Assembly: GCF_018350175.1 (NCBI RefSeq)
Contig: NC_058368.1
Span: forward strand, 126,730,001 to 126,794,000
Length of the DNA: 64,000 nt
Reading direction: 5' to 3'
Source: Felis catus
Taxonomy: Eukaryota
In this document: positions 1 to 11,484 of the stretch, one piece after another
Numbering within the stretch: position 1 is the first letter of the stretch
Layout: each line of letters starts with the position of its first letter
Notes under the pieces: generated by a model
Told to the model about the DNA's origin: nothing
What the model saw: the letters and a program-made list of their open reading frames with translations, nothing else
Database searches by the model: none
Program-made: the position numbers and the translations under genes

Positions 1-2235
1 ATTTGGGTTTTCCTCCTTTCTTTTTGATAAGTCTTGCTGGGAGTTGATCAATTTTTTTTTTTTTTTTTTTGGTTCTTTAAAAGAACCAGCATTTAGTTTC
101 ATTGATCTCTTCTACTGGTTTTTGTTGTTTATATATTATTTATTTCTGCTCTGATCTTTACTATTTCCCTTCTTCTGCTAGCTTTAGGTTTTATTTGCTG
201 CTCCTTTATTTGCTGCTCCTTTAGGTGTAAGGTTAAGTTGCGTATTTGGGACCTTTTTTGCTTCTTGAGATAGGTCTGAAGTGCTATGTACTTTCCTCTT
301 AGGACTGCCTTTGCTGCATAGCAAATGTTTTGGACTGTTGTGTTTTCATTTTCATTGGCTTGCATGTATTTTTTAATATTTTCTTTAATTTCCTGGTGAA
401 CCCTTTCATTCTTTACTAGGATGTTCTTTAACCCCCAAGTATTTGAGGGCTTTCCCTTTTTTTTTTTTTTTCTTGTGGTTGATTCAACTTTCCTGATTTG
501 TTTTTAGATCTTTGAACTCTGCAGCAAGGATTCTTCACACGTCTTCTGTGCTGTTTTCAAGCCCAACCAATGGTCATTTGACTGCTATTCTGAATTCTTG
601 TTCAGATATAGTGCTTATATCTGTTTTGAGCAAGTCCCTGGCTGTGACATTTTCTCAACCTTCTTTTGGGGAGAATTCCTTCTCTTGTCCTTTTGGCTAA
701 GTTTCTGTCTTTTGCTTGTTTTAAAATAATGTTATGTTTCCTGCACCTGAGAGTAATGCTATATTTAAAAGGGGTCATACATTCTCTAAGGACTGGCACT
801 TCTCAGAATGTTTCTGGTGTAGGCTGTATGCACTCTGTTCTTGCATATTGTCTGCTCTTTGCCACTGGTCAGTCATTTGCAGAGTTCATCCTTGTTTGCA
901 GTGGAGAGTATTTGGATCTTTAACTAGGTGTGCTTTGATTTTTTTGTTGAAATAAGCCTGGAAAAAGGAGGGAAATGTCTGATCAAAAAAAAAAAAAAAA
1001 GGGAAATGCAAAACCCAAGAAACTATGAGCCTGATTCCAAAAGGAAAAAAAAGTAAGCCTATTCCTACCAGAACAGATGCAGGTGTTGTGAACCACTCGA
1101 CTTTTAGTATACTTAATGTATCCCAGGTGCTGGCTATGCTGATCTTCTGGAGGAGAGGCCTGCTGTGTTGACTCAGAGTCTGTCTTGCCCTAGTAAATAA
1201 GCAATTGCCAGGCACAGAGGGGTTCGGTTTGGTATATATGGGTTCTGCCTCTGCTAGGGGTTGCTGTATTGCTCTCTGAAGTCCCACCATGTTGGCATGG
1301 GTGGGGGGAATGGCACCACCTCCATCTCTCATCCCTACTGGGTATCTCACACCCCCGCTATTCAGGGAGCCCTCACTCAATAGCATGGACAGTCAGCTCA
1401 CCCTGTGCCACAACTCTCCTGCATTTTTTTTTGGACATGTGACTGGGATTCAAAACCCAAAGTCTTAAAGGACCCAGCACTGCAAGGATCTACCCACATA
1501 CTCCAGAGTAGAGACTCTCCATGCTGTGTCTGAAATCCTTTGTTCCAGAAAACCAGTCCCAGACTTGCGTGGTGTGAAGAATGTTTGGTGTAGCACCGCT
1601 AAAAGAAGCAAATTTTATATTCCCTCTGGGTGCATCTCTGTCTCCCTGGTGATGAAAGGCATTTCGCTGGTGATTACATGGTCTTTTGTCCTTGGAGAGG
1701 CAATACACCCTGTTCCAAAAATACTCCAGGAAGGGGAATGTTCTCTCCCAATACACCTAGAGATCTCTACACCACACTATGTACCCTGGAGCCAGCTCCC
1801 CCTACCCCAGGAGCACCACAGCTCCACTCCAAGGAAAGCCAAGTACTTACAAAACCTGAGAGCTTGATCTCTAAACACTATTTGCAAAAAATACCCTGTA
1901 ACACCCAGTACTTTTTGTCCCCAGTCCATGGTCCAGAGAGGTTTTCCTCTCCTGGAAACTAAATGCCACTGTTCTCAACCCTTCTTTCTCTGCCTTTTGT
2001 CTGTCTATGGCAGGGGATCCCTACCCCTCCACAGCACCGCCATTTTTCTCTTCTCTAATTCACTTCCACACACTTCACAGATACCATGCTATCTCACTCC
2101 AACTGTGGAAATTCTTCTGCCACTCTGCAAGTCGATATCCTAGGTGTTTCAAATGATCTGACCTCAATACCACTGTGTTTGAGGATCGAGGAAAGCCCGG
2201 GGTCTCCCTACTTTCCTGTCTTTGTAACTCCTCCC
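1..2235 (-). mobile_element. LINE-1 (carnivore type), 5' part: 5'UTR, start of ORF1, internal deletion, part of ORF2; continues off the left edge
   Basis: ORF 129-365(-) is L1 ORF2-like (AAKAVLRGKYIALQTYLKK...NLTLHLKE). The reverse complement of 490-680 resembles the ORF1 N-terminus at 51390-51560. An L1-type 5' end (GGGAGGAG...AGTAGGGAGACCC on -) lies at ~2235. Confidence 0.85.
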
Positions 2236-5200
2236 ATAGCATCACGTCTTCAAGGTCCAGCCATGTTGCCTCAAATGGCAGGATTTCTTTATTGCTGATG
2301 GTTGGATAATATTACACACACACACACACACCACCACCACCACTTCTTTATCCATGATCCACAGATGGATAATTAGGTTGTTCCATGTGTTGGCTATTGT
2401 AAATAATGCTGCAATAAACATGGAGGTATATCCATATTTTCAAATTAGTGTTTTTGTTTTCTTCAAAAAAATATCTAGAAATGAAATTGCTGGATCATGT
2501 AGTAATTCTAATTTTGGAGAGAACCCCCATATTGTTTTCCATATGGCTGCACTCATTTGCATTCCCACCAACAATAACAGTGTACAAGGGTTCCTTTTTA
2601 TCCACATTCTAACCAGCATTTGTTAATTCTTATCTTTCTGATCTACCGACTCTAACAGGTGTGAGGGGATACCTCACTGTGGAATTCATTTGCATTTCCA
2701 TAGTGATTGATGATGTTGAGCATAATTTCTTGTATCAGTTGGCACTCATATATCTTCTTCAAACAAATATCTTTTTGAGTTGTTCTCTACCTTTTAATCA
2801 GATTGTCTTGTTGCTTTTGAACTTGAGTTCTTTGTATATTTTGTGTATTAGCCCCCTATCAGATACGATTTATAAACATATTTTTTCCCATTTGATAGAT
2901 TGGATTTTCATTTTGTTCATTGTTAGTTGTGCAGAAACTTTTTAGTTTGATGTTTTGTTTGTTCTTGCTTAGGTTGCTTGTGCTGTAGGTGTCATATCCA
3001 AAAAATCATTGCTGAGACCCATGTCAAGAACTTTTCCCCCATGTTTTCTCTAAGAGGTTTACAGTTTGAGGTCTTATAATTAAGTCATTCATCCATTTCA
3101 AATTAATTTTTGTGAGTGGTATAAGATAGTACATTTTCCAGTCTTTTCTCCATGGAGTATTGGCTCCCTTGTCAAATACTAATTGATTATATTTGTGTTT
3201 TAAAGAGCTTCTCTGTGACTGTTTTTATGTGAGAAACATACTGTTTTGAAGATAATAGCTTTATAGTATAATTTGAAATCATTGTGCTGTTTTCTGCTTT
3301 GTTCTTTATTCTCAGGTTGACTTTGCTTATTCAGGATTTTTTGTGATTACATATAAATTTTAGAATCATTTTTCCACCTCTGTAAAAAATGCCACTGGAA
3401 TCCTATACTGAATCTATCCTGTACTGAATCTATAGATTGCTTTTGGTAATATTGACATTCTAGCAATGTTTTTAAAATTAATGAACATAGGATACTTTTA
3501 CTTTGTGTTTCCTTTGATTTGTTTCATCATTTTCTTAGAAGAGAGCTCTTACACTTCCTTAAATTTCTTATGTGTTTTATTGTTTCTGATGCTATTGTAA
3601 ATTAGATCATTTTATTTCTCAGATAATTTATTCCTATATAGAACACTACTGAGTTTTCATTGTTTACTGAATTTAAATCTAACAGTTTTGGTGGAGTCAG
3701 GATTTTCTTCTGGTCTGATTGCTGTGTCTAGAACTTGAGGTACTATGTTGAATACGATTGGTGAGAGTGGAAACAATTTTCTTGTTCCTGATCTCAAAAT
3801 AAAGGCTTTCAGTCTTTCACCATTGAGTATGATGTTAGCTGTGGGCTTATGTGGCCTTTAGATACAGGAAGGAATGTACCTCAGCGTATCAATGTGTTAT
3901 CATGAAAGGGTGTTCAATTTTGTCTAATGTTTTTTCTGCATCTTTTGAGATCATCCTATTTTTTTTTCTTTCATTGTGTTAATATATTAATTTTGTTGAA
4001 CCATTCTCATATCTCAGGGATATATACTATTTTATCATGGTCAATGATTATTTTAATGTTGAGCTGAATACATTTGCTATTTTATTGAGAATTTTGCATG
4101 TATATACTAGAGGGATATTGGCCTGTAGTTTCCTTTTGTTGTTGTGTCCTTCTTGTGCTTTTGTATTAAAGTAATGCTGGCCTCATAAAATAACTTTGGG
4201 AGTGTTCCCTCTTTCTCATTTTTTTTGTAGAGTTTGAGGAGGATTGCTCTTAACTCTTCAAATGTTTTGTAAAACTCACCAGAGAAGCCATCCTGTATTG
4301 GCATATTTTTGATTACTGATTCCAATGAAGAAAAACTCATTTCCTTTCTAGGAGTTGGTGTGTGCAGGTCCTTCCTGATTTAGACTTGGTAGTTTGCATG
4401 TTCCAAAGAATTCCTTCTACATTGTCCAGTTTGTTGGCATATAGTTGCTCACTTTATTAACATTCTTTGTATTTTTGTGGTAGAAGCTGTAATGTCTTCA
4501 TTACACTGTTTTTGATTTGGGTGCTTTATCCTTGGTTAAAGAGTTGTCAATTTTGCTTCTTTTAAAAGAGGAAGTTTTTAATTTTGTTAACTTTTTCTAT
4601 TGTTTTCTTGTTCTCTATTTCTGTTCTAATCTTTATTGCTAACCTGGGGCTTGGTTTCACTTGGAAGTTTTCTTATTTCTCAATGTGTGCATTTACTGCA
4701 ATGAATTTCCCTTTATGACTACTTTTAGTACATCCCTTAAGTTTTGATATGGTGTGTTTTTATTTTTGGTTGTCTTAAGATGCCTTGTTACTTCCACTTT
4801 AACTTCTTCTTTTATCCTTTATGTTCAGTTTAATTTCCATGTATTCATGACTTTTCTAGTATTCTTCTTGTTACTAGTTTCTACTTTATACTATTGTGGT
4901 GAGAGAAGATATTTGATATGATTTCAGTCTTCTTGAATTTGCTAGGTCTCATTTTGTGGCTTAACATATGCTCTAAAATAGAAAATATATCATGTGTGCT
5001 TGTGAAGAATAATATTCTGCTGTTAAGATCTATTTATTCTGTAGTGTTCTAATCTGCTCTGTTTGGCAGAACTATCCATTGTTGAGAATAGAGTATCAAT
5101 GACCCCAACTATTCTCGTATTATTTCTCCATTTAGCTCTGTTTTGCTATATGTATTTAGATGCTCTGATGTTAGATGCATAAATATTTACAATGGTTACA

Positions 5201-5633
5201 CCTTCCTGGAGTGACCCTTTTGTAATAGAATATTTATACATCTTCCTTGTCTCTCTTACTATTTTAAATTATTTTTAATGTTTATTTTTGAGAGAGAGAA
5301 CGAGATGGAGAGGGGCAGAGAGAGATGGAGACGCAATCTGAATCAGGCTCTGAGCTGTCAGCACAGAGTCCAACACAGGGCTTAAATTCACAAGCCATGA
5401 GATCATGACCTGAGCTGAAGTCAGACGCCCGAGTCCCCCAGACACCCCTTAAGTTTAATGTGTTTTATCTGTGACCATGTTTTTCTCTCTTTAGCTATGT
5501 GTGTTGGTCTCTGTTCATCCTCTTCCCTTTCTTTTAGGATTCTCGAAAGGTGTCTTGTCTATGAATAATTGTTAGTTCTTGTGAAGGAGCAGCAAAGAAT
5601 AACCTATGTTGCCATCTTAGTGATGACACTCTA
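2236..5633 (-). mobile_element. Older degraded LINE-1 (3'UTR, ORF2 with deletions, short 5' tip)
   Basis: ORF 4107-4340(-) reads DGFSGEFYKTF...[13 protein letters not shown]...NYRPISL (L1 RT region). 3'-end sequence lies near 2240-2700. A 5' tip (AGAGTGTCATCACTAAGATGGCAAC on -) lies at ~5608-5633. Confidence 0.8.
5265..5448 (-). mobile_element. Can-SINE (feline type)
   Basis: Reverse complement of the tRNA-derived head (gatcatgacctgagctgaagtcagacg), with an (AG)n tract and T-rich tail. Confidence 0.9.
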
Positions 5634-6799
5634 GAAATAAGAATTTTAAGTTGGGTCAAAATGTAATTTTTAGCAGTTTGGTAGCCAAATGTAATACACA
5701 GCCATATCTCGAGGAAACTTGGAAGTGCCTTGGATCAAGGCACTTCACTAGAGGAGGGATGGACAGGCTTGTCGACCTTATTGACTAACTTTGGTGCTTT
5801 CTAGGAGGGGGTGTCAGTAGAGTTAGTTAATAAAGTAGATTTTCTTCACAAAAGGAATGAAATCTAGCATGGGCTACTGTAGTTGTAGCACTACCCTTTG
5901 TACTGCTAAAGCTGAGCTTCTCTCACCTACAGATAATGTTAAACTCCTGTCAGGAGTAGGAAAGGCAGGCACCAAACTTTTTCTACATCCACCATGATTT
6001 GTGAAGGCCATACAATAACCCTTCCATATAATAAGAATCCAGATGAAGCAGGAGAAAGCTACCATCTGGTCAGGCCTGGCTAATGATGAGGACTCGGACT
6101 AGAATATTTGACTACTTATTGTAGCAATATGAATCTTTGGCTTAGTTCCGGTTCTCTTCAGCTTTGGAAGGCTTTCTCCAGCACTTCTTGAGGCAAGTAT
6201 ATTCAAATTCTTATTGATTGCTCCTCCTGAATTGTGTCTTTAAAAGAGCTCACTTGCCAGCTCATTGTGCTGCTCAGAAATCCAGAGTTTTGGCCCTAAT
6301 GTCACCCAGCTGGCAGCAAAATGACCTTTTTTTCCACGCTGGTTCATCTAGTTCCACAGAACTGCCATTAGAATCTGGAAATCAAAGGTCTTATTAGGAA
6401 TTTGAGAATAGAAAACTGAGCACAAATCATAGACTTTTAATAATGAGATGAAAATGATTATTGCAGTATGGTTGTAGGAACTGCTTACCCTCTATAAAAA
6501 TGATAGCAATTCTGATTATTCTTTCAAAGTGAAGTTGAAGACCGTCCAAGTGCCCCAAATAGTGGTTAGGATTTTCCTGGGGGTGGAGAAAGAGACTCAA
6601 TTTCCCAGAACATCTTTTGAAAACAAATGACATTTTACAACATGGTATAGCCATTGACATGTACTAATACATTGTTGCCTATAAAAGAAAATTTCTCTAG
6701 GACCTAGAGTGGTGGGCATGGGAAACATTTCGATAGAGATTTCTTATGGCCATTATACATTTTCACTGATTTAACACATATTTTAAAAATATGTATAAA

Positions 6800-7385
6800 A
6801 GCATAATTGAAATGTAATTCCTACCTCATGAAATTGACCCATTTAGAGTGTACAATTCACTGGGGCTTAGTGTATTCTGAGTTGTACAACTTTACTGTAA
6901 TCAAACTGAAACATTTTCATCACCCCAGAAAGAAACCCCACAGCCATTAGCATTCATTCTCTCTTTCCTCAACTTGCCATGCCAGCCCTAGGTCACCACT
7001 AACCTATTTTCTGTCTCTATAGATTTGCCAGTTTTGAACATTTCGTATAAATGCATTCATACAATGGTAGTCCTTTATGTATACTTATTTAGCATAATGT
7101 TTTCAAGAAAAACTTTCTATGATTGAATGATAACCCATTATATGGATATACTACACTTTGATGATCCATTAGTGAATGAGACACTAGGGCTGGTTTCTTT
7201 TGTTATTAGAAGTTGTGGCTGTAAACATTTGTATACAACTTTTTATATAGACTTGTTTTTATTTCTTCCAGGTATATACCTAGTGGTAGAATTGCTGGGT
7301 CATACTGTAACTATGTTTAACAAGTTAAGACTTCCAGAGTATTTCCAAAAACCTGGATCATTATACATTCCCATCAGTGGTGTTT
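6800..7385 (-). mobile_element. Ancient L1M (MB/MC/ME-like) 3' end fragment
   Basis: Typical antisense L1M 3' sequence: cattttcatcaccccagaaagaaacccc, ctgtctctatagatttgcc, gaattgctgggtcata. Confidence 0.7.
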
Positions 7386-7429
7386 AAAGATAGTGAATGC
7401 TTGACTTTACTTTCTAATGGGATGTTTCA

Positions 7430-8500
7430 TGCACCTCTAATCCTCCCCATGTCTGGCAACCACTCATCTGTTCTTTGTGTCTGATAGTTTGTTTTTCTAT
7501 TGTTGTTTTAGATTCTACATGTAAGTGAGATCATATGGTATTTCTTTCTCCATCAGATTTAATTCACTTACTATAATGCCCACAAGGTCTATCCTTGTTG
7601 ACACAAATGGCAAGATTTCATTTTGAATGTTAAATAATATTCCACTGTATATATATATATAGACCCCATTTTCTTTTTCCATTTATCAATTGACACTTAG
7701 AATTACCATATGACCCGGCAATTCTATTTTTAATTTTTAATTTTTTGAGGAAGCTCTGTTTTCCAGAGTGGCTGCACCAGTTCACATCAATGGTGCATAA
7801 GCATTCTCTTTTCTGGACTTATTTACCAGAACTTCTTTTTAAGATTCTCTCTTCTCACCTTTCAAAATGACTATCTTACTGTTGCTTTGTTTTGCATTTT
7901 TCTAATGACTAATACGGCCCAACACGTGTTCCCTTTTCATTTACCTGTTTGCCATCTATAGGTCTTCTTTAGAAACAGGTCTATTATGATCCTCTTGCCC
8001 ACTTTTTAATCAGATTTTTTTTTTTGGCTACTCAGTTGTAGGAGTTGTTTATACATTTTAGATAATCCTTTGTCACATTTATGATTTGCACATATTTTCT
8101 TAATTTTGTTGGTTTCCAATTGTGTTGATGCTTTCCTTCACTATGCAGAAGCTTTTTGGTTTAAAAATCGGACTTCAGGGGCACCTGGGTGGCTCAGTCA
8201 GTTAGGTGTCTGACTTTGGCTCATGTCATGATCTCGCGGTTCATGAATTCGAGCCCCATGTTGGGCTCTGTGTTGACGGCTCAGAGCCTGCTTCGGATTC
8301 TGTGTCTCTCTCTCTGCCCTTCCCTTGCTCATGCTCTGTTTGTCTCTCTCTCTCTCAAAAATAAATAAGGATTAAAAAAGAATTTAAAAATCTGACTTCA
8401 AAAGCAAACTAGTGGGACTATTTCAATTAATTGGCCATAGATGCCTGGATTTGTTTCTGAGCCGTCTCTCCTGTTATACCTACCTATGTTATGTTTTCAT
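7430..8500 (-). mobile_element. LINE-1 3' fragment interrupted by a SINE
   Basis: Contains tagattctacatgtaagtgagatcatatggtatt, ttccagagtggctgcaccag and tgcagaagcttttt. Confidence 0.75.
8178..8385 (+). mobile_element. Can-SINE with 15-bp TSD
   Basis: GGGGCACCTGGGTGGCTCAG head, (CT)n and A tail. TSD is aaaaatcggacttca (8163-8177) / aaaaatctgacttca (8386-8400). Confidence 0.95.
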
Positions 8501-8514
8501 GCCTGCTTACACAA

Positions 8515-8980
8515 CGTCAAAGAATCAATGCTACTTTCAAGCTTTCTATATTATAAGGTTATACCTTCCATAGATAGTGATTCCCCTTATAGATGTGGGC
8601 ATGGAAAATGACAACATTGAGAGAATGGATTCTAATTTTGAAGTAAGTTCTCTGCATAAAATGTTATCCAACAGCAATGCACTGCTGTTGGTGAAAGCAA
8701 GAATCCATCTTTGCTGCAAACTTCATTGTTGTCTTGCCAGCCACCCACACCATCAGCATCCATCAACATCGAAGCAAGACCCTCCACCAGCACAAAGATT
8801 AATACTCACTGAAAGCTCAGATGGTTAGAAATTTTAAAGTATTTTTGAATTATGTACATTTTTGGCACATAAACTCAAATACACTGGGAAACCAAAAAAT
8901 TCATCTGGATTGCCCTATTGCAATGTTCACTTTAGCGAGGTGGTCTGGAATTGAACCGACAAGATCTCTGAGGTATGCCT
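8515..8980 (+). mobile_element. Tigger1 (TcMar DNA transposon) 3' remnant
   Basis: ORF 8577-8828 ends PSTSKQDPPPAQRLILTESSDG, like the Tigger1 transposase C-terminus. The terminus gtggtctggaattgaaccgacaagatctctgaggtatgcct matches the recalled Tigger1 3' end. Confidence 0.85.
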
Positions 8981-9149
8981 CAGATTATGTCTGATGCCAC
9001 CTCCATCGGTCTGATGTAGCACAATGTATCAGAGTACCAATCATTATGATAGTTGTTTCACAGTCTACACTATAAGCTTTCACTATTGAAAAAATTAGAA
9101 AATTAACTAGAGTATGGTTATTTCAGCTGAAACCAAATAGTTGCAAGAG

Positions 9150-9365
9150 AGTGTCCAGGTTAGTAGTTCAAAGCCAGTTTTACCATTATAAACTGGGCAA
9201 ATAAATGTTTCGGCAAAGAACCGGATAATTTTGTGCCTGTTTCCTTACCAGGAAATTATTTCAATACTAGCACCTACTTCACGGAAGAAAGGAGGTACAA
9301 TATATCAAGTTCTTTGAATAGGACCGGTTATATGATAACCATTCAAATATTTAATTAATACTATT
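9150..9365 (+). mobile_element. Possible MIR remnant
   Basis: Degenerate MIR-like motifs (gttcaaagccag, ctgggcaa, tgtgcctgtttcc, agcacctacttca). Confidence 0.4.
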
Positions 9366-11271
9366 ATCATAGCAGGGTTGGGTTCACTTGGCACTTTATA
9401 TTTTCTCCTTTGAGCCTTGTGACTCTGAGCCTTTGAGCTCTGTAACTAAGTAAGGCAAATGTCAAAAGTAACCTGACAAAAACATGACTTGATGGTGAGG
9501 CTAGATTTCCCATCTTCTGATAATGCATCTACCACTCACCATACCCTGGCACCCTCTTCTATAGAAGACTGTTGTAATATGGTGTTATTTTCCTGGTCAA
9601 GCCCCTGAGAGAATTCTGGCTCTTGGGATTTAGGTTCATTTTACTAACCTCAAGTTGTAAACCAGCATCAGGGTGTGTCTCAAAGCCCAGATTAAAGGAA
9701 TCACATGTGACAAAAGCTTACACAGATGACTGTTTTATGAGACTTTCAAGTCCAGTGCATTCCCAAATGCCACTATTTAAGGAAACTAAGTATTAGCATG
9801 AGAGAACTCAATCTGTCCATAAAACCTTTGTGCCAAATTATGGGATTTTTTTCTCTAAGTTCAGTGGAATCTTAGCATCCTTACTTAGCACTGGGAAAAT
9901 CCCCAGTAGGATGCATATAGTCCTACATCTTGGCAATAAACACATTGTTTAGATCCATACTGTTCTTCCTCATGCTCCTCTAAATCCAATCCTACAATTA
10001 TCACATTGTATCTTTACAATACATAATGAGTGAAATTCAAGCTCAAAAATAGTCATTTAACTCCATAGTATCATAACTAAATTACAAGTTTTTCCAGAGA
10101 ATTGCTTTTTATCTTTCAGTATTACTTTTCAAAAGTATTCTGGGTTATTAAAGTGTTTAGACATGGATGTAAAATATTAGTCTATTTTTTTCCTCCTTTG
10201 GTCTCAGGAGCGGAGATGAAATCAAATGATTTAATCATTCTGAATCCATGTGGCTCCTTTGAGATAGGGCCAGATGTAAGCAGAAGGATTTATAGGGCGT
10301 AAAATTCAGAATGGATTAGAAAAGCATTTTTGTGTCCAGCCCAATACATCCTAAATCAAAGTCCCCTGAATGGACTGGGGAGGTTGTCATGGCAACTAAC
10401 TGGCAAGCTGAGCCCCTGGAATGTGAAGGCAAACAATAGAGTGTTAAGATTGTGTACAGAACAGCCAACTATGGCTGCTTCTGCCCAGGTACAGTGACAC
10501 ATCGGTAGAAGTGTCCAACTGCCACCACCTTTTTTTGTATTTCCTGGCTATTCTGGCATCTCTTTGGGAATGTATCAGGTCCTTTCCCAGAGGTCAGTAC
10601 TGCTGCTGCTGCTGATAGATGACAGAAGCCCTAGGAAAATCAGCACCAATAGATGCAATGGTATACAAAGCAGTGAAGGGCTAAGAGGACACAAAAATTT
10701 CTGAAAGGAGGTTGAAGCACATTTAAGGTAAATCCAGTGACTCCTTAGTGCCACCTTGTGTCCAGTTAGATGCTGAAAATTTACCAAAAGCCCACCCTCC
10801 CTCCTTTCCTGGGGCCCCAGCAGGGCAGACACAGAAAGAGTCAGACCAGACCCTGGTGATGTTTGGTAGCCCCTATTGCAGATTAAGGAAAACATGTAAG
10901 TTAAAAGCTTTGATAGAATCTGAAATGGGACAAGAAAATATGCCAAATAACATCCATCTTAGAGAAGTTTTCAAGAAGCTACCTGGTGCCCGAGAGTTGG
11001 AAGGACATGTTGTGGCAGATCCTCGACGTTGCCCTTACTAACTTCTGCAAAGAGATTTGTTGGTGTTCATTCAGCCGTGCTAGTAGCAAAAAAAAAAAAA
11101 GAAATAGGGAAAAATAAAATGGGAACACAGCCGTGAACAAAAGAATTTGATAGCAAGATGATAACATTTGTTCAAATTGCATCTTGGGCCCACCTCTTCT
11201 CTCTCACACAATCAACCAGCGAAAAACATCAAGTCCCATTTAGTTTTCAATAGAAGTGTAAAATGACCAAG

Positions 11272-11296
11272 CTGTGTTTCTCTTTGTTTCCTCCAG
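11272..11296 (+). promoter_or_regulatory. RAB3C: Splice acceptor of the last RAB3C exon
   Basis: Polypyrimidine tract ctgtgtttctctttgtttcctc followed by CAG, exactly where Rab3 homology starts. The intron is phase 1. Confidence 0.9.
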
Positions 11297-11484
11297 GGTT
11301 TGAATTTTTTGAAACAAGTGCCAAGGATAACATTAATGTCAAGCAGACATTTGAGCGTCTTGTGGATATCATCTGTGACAAAATGTCAGAGAGTTTGGAG
11401 ACAGATCCGGCCATCACTGCCGCAAAGCAGAACACAAGACTCAAGGAAACCCCTCCTCCACCACAGCCCAACTGTGGTTGTTAA
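11297..11484 (+). CDS. RAB3C: Ras-related protein Rab-3C, final coding exon
   Basis: Reads (G)[61 protein letters not shown]. This has the G5 ETSAK motif, the Rab3C-type hypervariable tail and a CXC geranylgeranylation motif. Stop is TAA 11482-11484. Confidence 0.96.

Noticed and set aside
189..222. 15-bp tandem duplication giving KEQQIKEQQIK
   Set aside because: Ordinary slippage in a dead L1.
886..1386. 166-aa minus-strand ORF
   Set aside because: It lies in an L1 5'UTR, crosses a homopolymer run and has no recognisable protein features.
8178..8270. tRNA-like A/B boxes here and in the other SINE heads
   Set aside because: They are tRNA-derived Can-SINE heads with CT tracts, A tails and TSDs, not tRNA genes.
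11263..11296. ATG-initiated N-terminus [11 protein letters not shown] of the 73-aa ORF
   Set aside because: It is the intronic polypyrimidine tract; Rab3 homology begins at the AG acceptor.
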